A DNA stretch of 32,675 nucleotides from Bdellovibrionia bacterium (lineage in GTDB: Bacteria > Bdellovibrionota > UBA1018): contig JBJMMA010000231.1 of NCBI GenBank assembly GCA_045805065.1, forward strand, positions 1 through 32,675, read 5' to 3'. Positions 1 to 8,963 of this stretch are shown one piece after another. A model generated the notes under the pieces. The model ran no database searches and had not been told where the DNA came from. It was given only the letters and a program-made list of their open reading frames with translations. Made by a program: the position numbers and the translations under genes. Position 1 is the stretch's first letter; each line of letters begins with the position of its first letter.

Positions 1-4
1 ATCT

Positions 5-766
5 ATGGAAAACATCATCCTCGATGCGAAAAACGTAAACGCCTGGTTTGGTAAGCTTCATGCGATCAAGGACATCAGTCTGCCTTGCCGCAAAGAGACT
101 GTCACCGCAATGATCGGTCCATCGGGCTGTGGCAAGTCCACTTTTCTGAGAACCCTGAACCGCATGCATGAGGAGGTTCCCGGCGCACGCGTTGAGGGTC
201 GGGTGCTTTTGAACGGTGAGAATATCTATGAAACCGGGATGGATCCCGTCACTGTGCGCAGAAGAATCGGAATGGTTTTTCAAAAGCCCAATCCGTTTCC
301 GTCTTTCAGCATTTTTGACAACGTGGCAGCGGGGCTCAAGCTTGCTGGCGTGCGAAAGAAGTCCATTCTCCAAGATGTTGTCGAGAAATCCCTCAAGCAA
401 GCGGCCCTTTGGGAAGAAGTAAAAGATAAGCTGAAGGCTCCCGGAACCAGCCTCTCGGGTGGCCAACAGCAGCGCCTCTGTATTGCTCGCGCTCTTGCCG
501 TGAACCCCCCGGTTCTCCTGATGGATGAGCCCACGAGTGCTCTTGATCCGATTTCTACAGCAAAGATTGAAGAGCTTCTGATGGAGCTCAAGAAAGACGT
601 CACGATCATCATTGTGACGCATAACATGCAACAAGCTGCGCGCATTTCAGATTGGACGGCGTTCTTTCTGATGGGCGAGCTTGTGGAGTTCGACGAAACG
701 TCCCGGTTGTTCACCAAGCCTAAAGACCAGCGGACGGAAAACTACATCACCGGACGATTTGGTTGA
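5..766 (+). CDS. pstB: Phosphate ABC transporter ATP-binding protein PstB
   Basis: Walker [10 protein letters not shown], PstB-typical [10 protein letters not shown], signature [22 protein letters not shown] and C-terminal [10 protein letters not shown]. Followed by phoU. Confidence 0.97.
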   Translation: MENIILDAKNVNAWFGKLHAIKDISLPCRKETVTAMIGPSGCGKSTFLRTLNRMHEEVPGARVEGRVLLNGENIYETGMDPVTVRRRIGMVFQKPNPFPSFSIFDNVAAGLKLAGVRKKSILQDVVEKSLKQAALWEEVKDKLKAPGTSLSGGQQQRLCIARALAVNPPVLLMDEPTSALDPISTAKIEELLMELKKDVTIIIVTHNMQQAARISDWTAFFLMGELVEFDETSRLFTKPKDQRTENYITGRFG

Positions 767-784
767 TAGGTAAGGAGACCTTGG

Positions 785-1468
785 ATGGAACGTCATTTTG
801 AAAGCGAACTGAGAAACCTCAAGCAACGGATTCTTGCCATGGGGGGAGCCGTTGAGAGCGCCATTGAGGCAGCAACTCAAGCTTTGATCGAGCGCAAGCC
901 CGAGAATTTCCAAAAAGTCCATGAACTTGAAAAAACGATCAATCAGGCGCACATCGAGGTGGATGAGGCGTGCGTAAATCTTCTGGCCCGCCAGTCCCCG
1001 CTTGCTGCTGATCTTCGCCTCGTTGTTGCAGTCATCAAGATCAACACCGATCTTGAGCGCATGGGGGATCAGGCAGTCAATATCGCCCACAATGGTGGCC
1101 GCTATTTGTCTGAGCCACCGCTCAAGCCACTGATCGATATTCCTCGCATGGCTGAAGAAGCGCGTCTCATGGTACGTGAGGCATTGGATGCGTTTGTGAC
1201 TCAAAATCTCGAGCTTGCTCGTGATGTTCTTCATCGCGATGATGCAGTTGATGCATTCAAGAACCAGATTTTTCGCGAACTTCTCACCTACATGATGTCT
1301 GACCCGAAAGCCATCGAGCGCGCACTCAGCTTGATCCTCATCGCAAGAAACCTCGAGCGAATCGGGGATCATGCGACCAACATTGCTGAAGATGTGATCT
1401 TTGCGATTACGGGCGATGATATTCGCCATGGTGAGAGAAAGACTCCGCCAGCCTCAACTAAGATCTAG
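785..1468 (+). CDS. phoU: Phosphate signalling complex protein PhoU
   Basis: Two PhoU repeats (DLERMGDQAVNIA; NLERIGDHATNIAE). SD AAGGAG upstream. Lies between pstB and a response regulator. Confidence 0.96.
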   Translation: MERHFESELRNLKQRILAMGGAVESAIEAATQALIERKPENFQKVHELEKTINQAHIEVDEACVNLLARQSPLAADLRLVVAVIKINTDLERMGDQAVNIAHNGGRYLSEPPLKPLIDIPRMAEEARLMVREALDAFVTQNLELARDVLHRDDAVDAFKNQIFRELLTYMMSDPKAIERALSLILIARNLERIGDHATNIAEDVIFAITGDDIRHGERKTPPASTKI

Positions 1469-1487
1469 GCCAAACTCCAGGAAGACT

Positions 1488-2177
1488 ATGCAAAAGCCAA
1501 ACGTTCTGGTCGTTGAAGATGAAGTCGATGTGAGAGATCTCATCTTGCTGCACTTGCAGCGCGATGGTTACACAACCGACTACGCGGTCGACGGCGAGGA
1601 AGCTTTGCAGAAAATGCAAAAAGGGAAATATGACCTTTTTGTCCTGGACTGGATGCTTCCCAAGATGAACGGATTGGAGCTCACCCGGACGCTTAGAAAG
1701 AACCTCAATTCCATGACCCCGGCTCTCATGGTCACGGCAAGAGTTGAGACCACGGATATTGTTGTAGGGCTTGAGGCTGGAGCGGACGATTACATCACAA
1801 AGCCATTTGAGATTCCGGTCTTGATGGCGCGTGTTCGAGCCCTGCTTCGTCGCGCATCTTATAGCGATGCTGCCGAGGTTTCTGAAAAGATCAAAATCGG
1901 TGCGCTTGAAATCGATACAGCAGCCCATGAAGTTCGCTGTGGAGGAGAGCTGATCACTTTGACGACGTCTGAGTTCAGGCTCTTGTCATCACTGGCTCAA
2001 AACCGTGGCCGAGTCTTGACCCGCGACCAGCTCATTGATCTTGTCCGCGGCATCGATGTTTCAATTGTGAGCCGCGCAATCGATACGCACATCTTCGGAC
2101 TCAGAAAGAAATTGGGCGAGTGCGCGGACATCGTTGAGACGATTCGTGGCGTAGGCTATCGAATCAAGACTCAGTAA
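1488..2177 (+). CDS. phoB: OmpR/PhoB-family response regulator, PhoB-like
   Basis: Receiver domain (VVEDE, LDWMLP, GADDYITKPF) plus winged helix (LRKKLG...ETIRGVGY). Start moved to ATG 1488 after an AGGAAG SD. Follows phoU. Its 3' end overlaps convergent uup by 14 nt. Confidence 0.85.
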   Translation: MQKPNVLVVEDEVDVRDLILLHLQRDGYTTDYAVDGEEALQKMQKGKYDLFVLDWMLPKMNGLELTRTLRKNLNSMTPALMVTARVETTDIVVGLEAGADDYITKPFEIPVLMARVRALLRRASYSDAAEVSEKIKIGALEIDTAAHEVRCGGELITLTTSEFRLLSSLAQNRGRVLTRDQLIDLVRGIDVSIVSRAIDTHIFGLRKKLGECADIVETIRGVGYRIKTQ

Positions 2178-4020
2178 GCTCGGACCAACGAGCGTACAGG
2201 TAATCAACGCGCTCTTGGGTTTTACCGATTTCCTGGTAAAGCTCGGCAAGCTTTGGAGCGTTGCTGAGGTTCTCAGGCTTTGTGCTCTCATCCGTAAGTT
2301 TGGCAAGGAGCGCTTCAGCTTCCTGAATGTTCTTTTCCATCGAGTCGAGCTCGCGCTGCTCGTTGTAGCTCAGCTTTCGCTTCTTTTTTGTGGCGCTCTC
2401 ATCCGTGGCCGTCTTGGATTGCGCCGAAGCGGCAGCAGCTTTCGCAGCGGCCTCCAGGGCTTTTGGAGAGTGAAGTGTTTCCTGCTCAGCGTGCCAGGAT
2501 TCCCACTGACCGACGTCAGCAAAAGAGACAAGCTTTCCGCGCTCAGACTCATAGCGTGGAAACGCAAGAATCTTTGTCGCTACCTGATCGAGGAAATAAC
2601 GATCGTGGGTCACCAAAAGAACCGCGCCTGTAAACTCAGTGAGCACTTCTTCAAGAATGCTCAGAGTTGCCATATCGAGGTCATTGGTAGGCTCATCGAG
2701 GACCAGAAGATTGGCGTCGTTCAGCATGAGCTTGGCAAGAAGCAGCCTGCTCTGCTCGCCGCCCGAGAGCTTTCCAACAGCCATCTCGGCCTGGCCTGGA
2801 TCAAAGAGAAAGCGATCCAGGTAGCTGCGAATATGAACGCGGCTTCCGCGGAAATCCACGAAATCGCCTTTTGGGCAAAATGTCTTAAGAAGAGTCTCGT
2901 TCGGATCCAGGCTGTCACGAGCCTGCTCAAAGTAGGCAACCTTAAGCTGATCCGAGCGGAACACCGATCCCTGGTCAGGTTCTTCTTGTCCCAGTAGTAC
3001 GCGGATCAGGCTAGATTTGCCGCAACCGTTCTCGCCTAAAAGACCGATCCGGCTACCTGGAGTCAAAAGCAGATCGACGTTCTTGAATAGAACTCGATCC
3101 CCATAGCTCTTTGAGATGCCCTTGGCTTCAAGAAGCTTCTTAGGGCTTCGGTCGGTGCTTTGAAACTCAATTCCTACGGAGCGTGTGCGATTGCGATCGG
3201 TCAGTTCTGCGACATCACCCTGGAGCGTTTCCGCGCGCTGGATTCTTGCCTGCTGTTTGGTCGTACGAGCCTTGGCACCACGCCTGAGCCACTCAGTCTC
3301 GCGTCTCAATGTGTTTTTAAGAATGACCTCGCGGCGCTCCTGGGCAGCCATGTTCTGCTCTTTGGTCTCAAGATACGTGGCGTAATCACCCTTAACGCTC
3401 AAAAGCCCACCGGGATTGCGGCGATCGAGCTCCAGGATGCGATTGGAGATTCGCTGCAAGAACAATCGATCATGGGTAATGGTGAGAGTCGCAAAGCGCG
3501 AGTGAGCAAGGAGATCTTCAAGCCAGAGAATGCTCTCGACATCGAGATGGTTGGTAGGTTCGTCCAAAAGCAGGAGATCAGGTGAGCGAACGAGCTCACG
3601 AGCCAAAGCGACACGCTTTTTCCAACCGCCGGAGAGGCGCGCAACAGGTGTCTCGGGAGTGATTCCTTCGCGCGTGCCATCCAGAGAAAGCTTGGAGAGA
3701 AGCGTCTGTGCTCGACCCTGGTTCTCCCAGTCATCCGGGTCATCGGTTCCTTCGAGCGCAGTAGATAGAACCGTTGCGCCATCGCGGAAGTTTGGAACCT
3801 GCTCGAGGTAGCCCACGCGCAAGCCACGCTGAAGGGAGAGCGTCCCATCATCGGGCGAGGTCTTTGAAGCCAGGATTCTGAGAAGTGTGGACTTCCCCGC
3901 TCCGTTAGGGCCGATCAGGCCAATGCGTTCTCCGGATTCAACGGAAAACGTAAGATCATCAAAAAGAGGGCGCGCGGCAAAGGATTTGCGCAATCGATGC
4001 GCACTTAAAAGAATCGACAT
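2164..4020 (-). CDS. uup: ABC-F family ATPase, Uup-like
   Basis: Two ABC domains (GPNGAGKST/LSGGW/DEPTNHLD; GENGCGKSS/LSGGE/DEPTNDLD), linker WLRRGAKARTTKQQAR, C-terminal coiled coil RKLSYNEQREL. No TM segments. Confidence 0.9.
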   Translation of the reverse strand: MSILLSAHRLRKSFAARPLFDDLTFSVESGERIGLIGPNGAGKSTLLRILASKTSPDDGTLSLQRGLRVGYLEQVPNFRDGATVLSTALEGTDDPDDWENQGRAQTLLSKLSLDGTREGITPETPVARLSGGWKKRVALARELVRSPDLLLLDEPTNHLDVESILWLEDLLAHSRFATLTITHDRLFLQRISNRILELDRRNPGGLLSVKGDYATYLETKEQNMAAQERREVILKNTLRRETEWLRRGAKARTTKQQARIQRAETLQGDVAELTDRNRTRSVGIEFQSTDRSPKKLLEAKGISKSYGDRVLFKNVDLLLTPGSRIGLLGENGCGKSSLIRVLLGQEEPDQGSVFRSDQLKVAYFEQARDSLDPNETLLKTFCPKGDFVDFRGSRVHIRSYLDRFLFDPGQAEMAVGKLSGGEQSRLLLAKLMLNDANLLVLDEPTNDLDMATLSILEEVLTEFTGAVLLVTHDRYFLDQVATKILAFPRYESERGKLVSFADVGQWESWHAEQETLHSPKALEAAAKAAAASAQSKTATDESATKKKRKLSYNEQRELDSMEKNIQEAEALLAKLTDESTKPENLSNAPKLAELYQEIGKTQERVDYLYARWSELTES

Positions 4021-4028
4021 TAATTATT

Positions 4029-5087
4029 TCAAGAAAGCGCAGGTTCTATTGAACCCTGAGCCATATCCTCTTCTTCTTGCGAAGCGCGATTTGATTTGTT
4101 GCCGTCTTTACTGCCCTCAGGACGAACCGTTGGAGAGCGATCCGGGCGAACGATGCGGCTGTAGAGCGACACTCTTCGATCAAAGATAAAGCGAATGAGC
4201 AAGCCCGTGTAAGACGTATGGTAAGCGAGGGTCTCGTAAAACTCTGGAGCCATTGCTTTCAACTTTGGCAAATTCGACCAGGCAACCATCATCAGGTCAT
4301 GATGCTCGTTGTGGTGGCCAATGTTGTAGTTCACCCAATTGATTGGACCGTAGTAAGAAAACGTTTCCTGATCAGGCTTTCCAAAGTTCGGGAAAAGATA
4401 ATGCTCCTGAATCCAGCGGCCACCGACTGGGTGAAGTCCAATGGAGAAGAAGGTGGATACAGCCAGATAGAAGAAAGCCTTCCATCCAAACAGTGCCCAG
4501 AGTCCGGCAAGGAAACCGATTTCTACGAAAGTGTTTAAAGCTACCCAGCGGCACCAAAGCTTCACGCCAGTGATCCGTGCTGGACGAATGATGCCTTCAA
4601 AAATGAAGAACGTGAAAAGCCAAAGTGTTTTGCGCAATGGGGAGTTGCCAATCAAATTGGCTTCACCCGGAGCCGCAAGGTCCGCGTCTCCATAGATCTC
4701 ACCTTGGTAACGATGGTGCCAGAGGTGGTATTTCTTGAAGGAAATCGCGGATGGGAAAACGATCGGCAAGTTAGCCACGATGTTGATGAGGTTATTTGCC
4801 GTTGAAGAGCGGAAAACCAGGTTGTGGCAGCACTCATGGATCATGACCCACATGGCGTGGTTGGCAATCGCGCCAAAGACATAACCAACGAGCAAGATCT
4901 CCCAAACCGGGGAGTTTCTCATAAAAATCGCGATCCCAATCTGAAGACTGACAATAGCCAAGATATGGAGCGCCGAAGTAGGCGTGTTTCCAAAAAGGGT
5001 TTTAACCTCTGGATGGGCAGCCAGGATCTGGCGCGCTCTCATCGTATGTGGGTTTGGCGATTCAACTCGTTGATAATCCGGCCTCAT
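4029..5087 (-). CDS. Membrane lipid desaturase of the sphingolipid delta-4 desaturase (DEGS/DES1)-like family
   Basis: Three His boxes HECCH, HLWHH, HNEHH. DEGS-like N-terminus (PHTMRARQILAAHPEVKTL) and DEGS-like segments GLHPVGGRWIQEHY and ETFSYYGPINWVNYNIGHHNEHHD. Hydrophobic TM stretches. ATG 5087 preferred over GTG 5096. Confidence 0.85.
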   Translation of the reverse strand: MRPDYQRVESPNPHTMRARQILAAHPEVKTLFGNTPTSALHILAIVSLQIGIAIFMRNSPVWEILLVGYVFGAIANHAMWVMIHECCHNLVFRSSTANNLINIVANLPIVFPSAISFKKYHLWHHRYQGEIYGDADLAAPGEANLIGNSPLRKTLWLFTFFIFEGIIRPARITGVKLWCRWVALNTFVEIGFLAGLWALFGWKAFFYLAVSTFFSIGLHPVGGRWIQEHYLFPNFGKPDQETFSYYGPINWVNYNIGHHNEHHDLMMVAWSNLPKLKAMAPEFYETLAYHTSYTGLLIRFIFDRRVSLYSRIVRPDRSPTVRPEGSKDGNKSNRASQEEEDMAQGSIEPALS

Positions 5088-5259
5088 AATTAGCACATAA
5101 CCTAGTCTTTTAGCCGTGAAGTCTCAAGAGCCAACTTAGATATGGCGGCTCGGTGTGTCAGTTTTAACCCATGTTAGGCGATTCGGCAGGAGTCGAATAG
5201 AAATACGACAGTTTCCAGGCCCTGGCCGCGCAACATCGCGAAGTTTCAAGACTACTCGC

Positions 5260-5276
5260 CTGGCACTCCGGTTGCT
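5260..5276 (+). promoter_or_regulatory. Sigma54 (-24/-12) promoter
   Basis: CTGGCACTCCGGTTGCT matches TGGCAC-N5-TTGC with exact GG-N10-GC spacing, 30 nt upstream of the ATG at 5307. Confidence 0.8.
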
Positions 5277-5306
5277 CTATAGCAGCTCATACCGAGGAGT
5301 ATTTTT

Positions 5307-6047
5307 ATGAGAGTCCCGATGATTCTTCTTCTATCATCTGCAGCGATTGCCTTAAGTGCATGCGGGCAAATCAACAATACCACGCGAAGCGCTACGGTAA
5401 GCGGGGTGAGCTCCTCGTCGGATGCCACAAACTACGCTCCTGCCACGACGACCACGGGGTCCTCTGGCTCGACAACGACGACGACCACGGGAAGCACCAA
5501 CGTTTCCGGGGCAACGTCCTCTTCTCCTCCTACCATTGCAAGCTCCAGCGATAACGGCGGCACCCATACACTGGGAATCGGCTCAAGCATCACCTTTGTT
5601 GCTCCTTTTCAAGCCGACGCCACTCTGACCTACCAATGGTATAAAAACGGATCCAAGATCAGCGGTGCTACTTCCTCGGATTACACGCTGAGCTCGATTG
5701 CGTCCTCAGACTACGCTTATTACACGGTCAAAGCGACCAACAGCATGGGCACTGTGTCGAGTTCACCTTTTTACATCAACCCAATCCTCATGTACGCGAC
5801 CTTGGGGAGCCATGATTGCAACGGCTATCAATGCTGGAACGACGCAACGACTGCTGACAAGGTTTGTAAGCAACGCTTTGGCAGTCAATCGGTGATTTAT
5901 AACCCATACGCCTACGGCGCGTCCGGCATCAAGTGGACCACAAACTACTGCACCTGGAATGGCAGCAGCTGGAATTGCCAGTCGAACTGTAACGTCTACA
6001 ACTGTACGGCATACAATGTTCTTGGATACGTCTACTGCATGCAGTGA
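5307..6047 (+). CDS. Putative lipoprotein: Ser/Thr-rich linker, Ig-like domain, Cys-rich C-terminal domain
   Basis: Lipobox ALSA-C. S/T/G-rich stalk. Ig I-set-like LTYQWYKNG...ISGATSS...DYAYYTVKATNSMG. C-terminal ~80 aa contains 8 Cys. SD GAGGAG. Confidence 0.8.
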   Translation: MRVPMILLLSSAAIALSACGQINNTTRSATVSGVSSSSDATNYAPATTTTGSSGSTTTTTTGSTNVSGATSSSPPTIASSSDNGGTHTLGIGSSITFVAPFQADATLTYQWYKNGSKISGATSSDYTLSSIASSDYAYYTVKATNSMGTVSSSPFYINPILMYATLGSHDCNGYQCWNDATTADKVCKQRFGSQSVIYNPYAYGASGIKWTTNYCTWNGSSWNCQSNCNVYNCTAYNVLGYVYCMQ

Positions 6048-6049
6048 TC

Positions 6050-6096
6050 GCACTTAAAAAGTGCTCATTAAACTCTGCGCACTTAGAAAGTGCGCA
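6050..6096. repeat. Two near-identical palindromic 15-mers at a convergent gene junction (possible bidirectional terminator hairpins)
   Basis: GCACTTAAAAAGTGC (6050-6064) and GCACTTAGAAAGTGC (6079-6093, extendable to TGCGCACTT-AGA-AAGTGCGCA at 6076-6096). Confidence 0.6.
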
Positions 6097-7129
6097 TGGA
6101 CATGAGATCAATGAGCTCAATCAGGCTGCGAGCAAAGAGATTGGTCTCGCGGCGCTCACCGAGAACAATCTGGCAGATTTCATCCAACTGATCGCGAGCA
6201 GCGGTCAATTCATCTGAAGCGCGCTTACGAACGCGAGAGGTTGCAGCTTCGACTTCTTCACGATGCCAATCAGGCGTTGGCACTGCTTCGCCGGTCAGGA
6301 ACTTGCGAAGATCAGGAACCAGCTCTGGGTTCCTGTCGATCAATTCCCAAGTGACCATATTGATGAAGCCGTTCTTGAGATCGCGCGCAAAATCCTTCTC
6401 GCCTTCCGGATCATAATCGATCACGTCATCGACGAGTTGGAATCCGATGCCGAGCTTCTTTCCAAGCTCTTTGCACATTTGAACCACTCTCGGGTCCATC
6501 TTGCGCATGCGAGCAGGAACCATGCAGCTCCAGCTGATCAGGCTTGCGGTCTTGAACTCAGCAACTTGCAAAAGCGTCTTGCTGGTGACAGCCGTGTTAA
6601 AACGGGAATTCTCCTGGAGCCACTCACCGTAAACCAGGAACTCCATGACTTCGGAAAGATCCGCGATCAAATCATAGGCCTTGAGTGCGCTGAGTTCAGC
6701 AAACACGCGAGCCACCAAAAAATCGCCCGAGAGAATTGCTTGTGAGTTGCAGGAAACAGCATTGATCGTTGGTTTGTCGCGACGGCGATCCGCCCAATCC
6801 AGAACATCATCATGAGCAAGAGATGCGGAGTGAACAAACTCGGTCAGACGAGCGTAAGGTGTTGCCTTCTCAAGAGGCACTTCAAAAATACCGCTCATCA
6901 AATAGCAAAGGGTTGGACGAAGACGCTTTCCGCCAGCAAGGACGGTGCGCTCGAGCAATGGTCCGATCTCTGGGACCGGATGCTGGGACGCAATCGATAG
7001 ATCAAGAGTTGCGATCAGATCGGTAATTGCTTCAGGCATTGCCTGAACAGGGTCTTGAACCGTGTCAATGCTAGGTGCGTCGGTAATACTGGAGTTTAAT
7101 ACTGCGTCTTTCATGATCCTGAGGCCCAT
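6083..7129 (-). CDS. Trans-polyprenyl diphosphate synthase (IspB-like, probably medium/long chain)
   Basis: GGKRLRP, FARM HDDVLD...RR, KTASL, SARM FQLVDDVID. Small residues (A,S) before the FARM suggest a longer product. Start probably ATG 7129 or 7114, not 7240. Confidence 0.88.
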   Translation of the reverse strand: MGLRIMKDAVLNSSITDAPSIDTVQDPVQAMPEAITDLIATLDLSIASQHPVPEIGPLLERTVLAGGKRLRPTLCYLMSGIFEVPLEKATPYARLTEFVHSASLAHDDVLDWADRRRDKPTINAVSCNSQAILSGDFLVARVFAELSALKAYDLIADLSEVMEFLVYGEWLQENSRFNTAVTSKTLLQVAEFKTASLISWSCMVPARMRKMDPRVVQMCKELGKKLGIGFQLVDDVIDYDPEGEKDFARDLKNGFINMVTWELIDRNPELVPDLRKFLTGEAVPTPDWHREEVEAATSRVRKRASDELTAARDQLDEICQIVLGERRETNLFARSLIELIDLMSMRTF

Positions 7130-7154
7130 GGTCTTATAATAAGCCGCGCCCATA

Positions 7155-7195
7155 TTGAACCGTAAAGTTTGAACCTTAAAGTTTAACCATAGTTC
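7155..7195. repeat. 14-bp-period tandem repeat, candidate operator array
   Basis: TTGAACCGTAAAGT / TTGAACCTTAAAGT / TTAACCATAGTTC, upstream of the polyprenyl synthase -10 box (TATTAT, minus strand 7141-7136). Confidence 0.6.
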
Positions 7196-7368
7196 GCCCC
7201 ATCCGCTGGTGCTGAAATCGCAAGGCGAACTTTTGGTCATTAGGTTCGGTAGTCCGGGGCACGGAGCAGGGTGCCAATCGGCGCCACTTACAAAAAACTT
7301 ACGTTCAATCAGACTGATTTCGCTTTTACTCGGAACCAGTTCAAGACCGATTTCGAAGGAGCTTCGAT

Positions 7369-8916
7369 ATGGAAATTCAAGGAAAGAGTCATCCCGTTTT
7401 GACGCCGGAAGCCCTCGCTTTTGTTGAGGAACTTCATAGAAAGTTTAACCCTCGGCGCCAAGAGCTTTTGGCCAAGAGAGCTGAAAGGCAAGCACAGATT
7501 GACGCTGGCAGAATGCCTCAATTCTTAGAAGAGACGCGTCCGGTGCGTGAATCCGAATGGAAAGTGGCCTCTTGCCCTGCCGATCTGATGGATCGCCGGG
7601 TGGAGATCACGGGTCCGGCTGAGCCTAAAATGGTCATTAATGCCCTGAACTCGGGCGCCAAGGTCTTTATGGCCGACTTTGAGGACTCCTTGTCTCCGAC
7701 CTGGGAGAACGTCACTCATGGCCAGCAGTGTATGCGCGACGCAGTTCGAAAGACGCTGCGTTTTGAAAGCCCTGAGGGCAAGACGTATGCACTCAAAGAT
7801 CAACTTGCAACACTCGTTGTAAGACCGCGTGGCTGGCACTTGGATGAAAAGCATGCGCTTGTGGATGGCAAGCCGGTGAGCGCAAGCCTCTTTGATTTCG
7901 GCATGTACTTCTTTCATAACGCGAAAGAGCTCATCAGCCGCGGAACAGGCCCCTATTTTTATCTACCCAAGATGGAAAGTCATCTTGAGGCGCGTCTTTG
8001 GAACGATGTCTTTAACCATGCGCAGGATAAACTCGGGATTCCACGCGGCACCATTCGCGCCACGGTTCTGATCGAAACGATTCTCGCATCATTTGAAATG
8101 GATGAGATTCTTTATGAATTGCGTGATCATGCCTCGGGCCTGAATGCAGGACGCTGGGATTACATCTTCAGCATGATCAAAAAATTCCGCAATCGTCCGG
8201 ACATGATCCTGCCGGATCGCGCGCAAGTCACAATGACGGTTCCTTTCATGCGCGCTTACACGGATCTTCTGGTGAAGACCTGTCATCGCCGTGGAGCACA
8301 CGCCATGGGCGGCATGTCGGCCTTCATTCCAAGCCGGCGCGATGCTGACGTGAACCGCGTAGCTCTTGCCAAGGTTCGCGAAGATAAAGAACGCGAATCC
8401 GGTGACGGTTTTGATGGCACCTGGGTTGCGCATCCCGATCTTGTTCCGATCGCGATGGAATCTTTTGATCGCGTCTTAGGCAGCAAGCCCAATCAGAAGG
8501 ACAAGCAAAAGCCCGATGTGAATGTAAAAGCAGAAGAGCTCATCCGGACAACCATTCCAGGCTCAAGCGTCTCTGAGGCGGGCATCCGTGCAAACGTGGA
8601 TGTGGCTCTTCAGTACATCGAGCGCTGGTTATCTGGAACGGGTGCTGCAGCGATTCATAACCTGATGGAAGACGCCGCGACCGCCGAGATCTCGCGTGCG
8701 CAGATCTGGCAGTGGATTCGCCATCGCGTCCGCCTGGCTGATGGGCGTGAAATGAGCGCGGATCTTTATCGCAAGATCCTGGGCGAAGAGCTTCAAAAAC
8801 TGGGTGGCGTTAAGCAAGGACGCTACGGACAGGCCACCGAGATTCTCGACAGCTTGATCTTAAGCCCGACGTTTTCCGAGTTTTTGACAGTACCTGCTTA
8901 CAAATATCTGGACTGA
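7369..8916 (+). CDS. aceB: Malate synthase A
   Basis: [70 protein letters not shown]. Confidence 0.97.
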   Translation: MEIQGKSHPVLTPEALAFVEELHRKFNPRRQELLAKRAERQAQIDAGRMPQFLEETRPVRESEWKVASCPADLMDRRVEITGPAEPKMVINALNSGAKVFMADFEDSLSPTWENVTHGQQCMRDAVRKTLRFESPEGKTYALKDQLATLVVRPRGWHLDEKHALVDGKPVSASLFDFGMYFFHNAKELISRGTGPYFYLPKMESHLEARLWNDVFNHAQDKLGIPRGTIRATVLIETILASFEMDEILYELRDHASGLNAGRWDYIFSMIKKFRNRPDMILPDRAQVTMTVPFMRAYTDLLVKTCHRRGAHAMGGMSAFIPSRRDADVNRVALAKVREDKERESGDGFDGTWVAHPDLVPIAMESFDRVLGSKPNQKDKQKPDVNVKAEELIRTTIPGSSVSEAGIRANVDVALQYIERWLSGTGAAAIHNLMEDAATAEISRAQIWQWIRHRVRLADGREMSADLYRKILGEELQKLGGVKQGRYGQATEILDSLILSPTFSEFLTVPAYKYLD

Positions 8917-8963
8917 AGTTTTTAACGAACCGTTTTACCAACCATAACCACCTAAAGGGGACC

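Noticed and set aside
647..1429. 260-aa antisense ORF over phoU
   Set aside because: Shadow ORF on the opposite strand of a well-conserved gene; no recognisable motifs.
2215..2997. 260-aa antisense ORF within uup (similar cases at 14277-14939, 9273-9704, 28585-29058)
   Set aside because: Typical stop-poor reverse frames of codon-biased genes; no SD or domain evidence.
5800..6047. AAC/TAC-rich C-terminus of the lipoprotein as a possible DGR variable region
   Set aside because: No template-repeat copy or reverse transcriptase seen in the window; amino-acid composition explains the pattern.
6083..7240. Longest-ORF starts from the ORF track (7240, 1401, 10925, 14873, 25707, 27826, 32102)
   Set aside because: The extensions run through promoter/repeat DNA or neighbouring genes. 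Downstream starts fit SD or promoter positions and family N-termini better.
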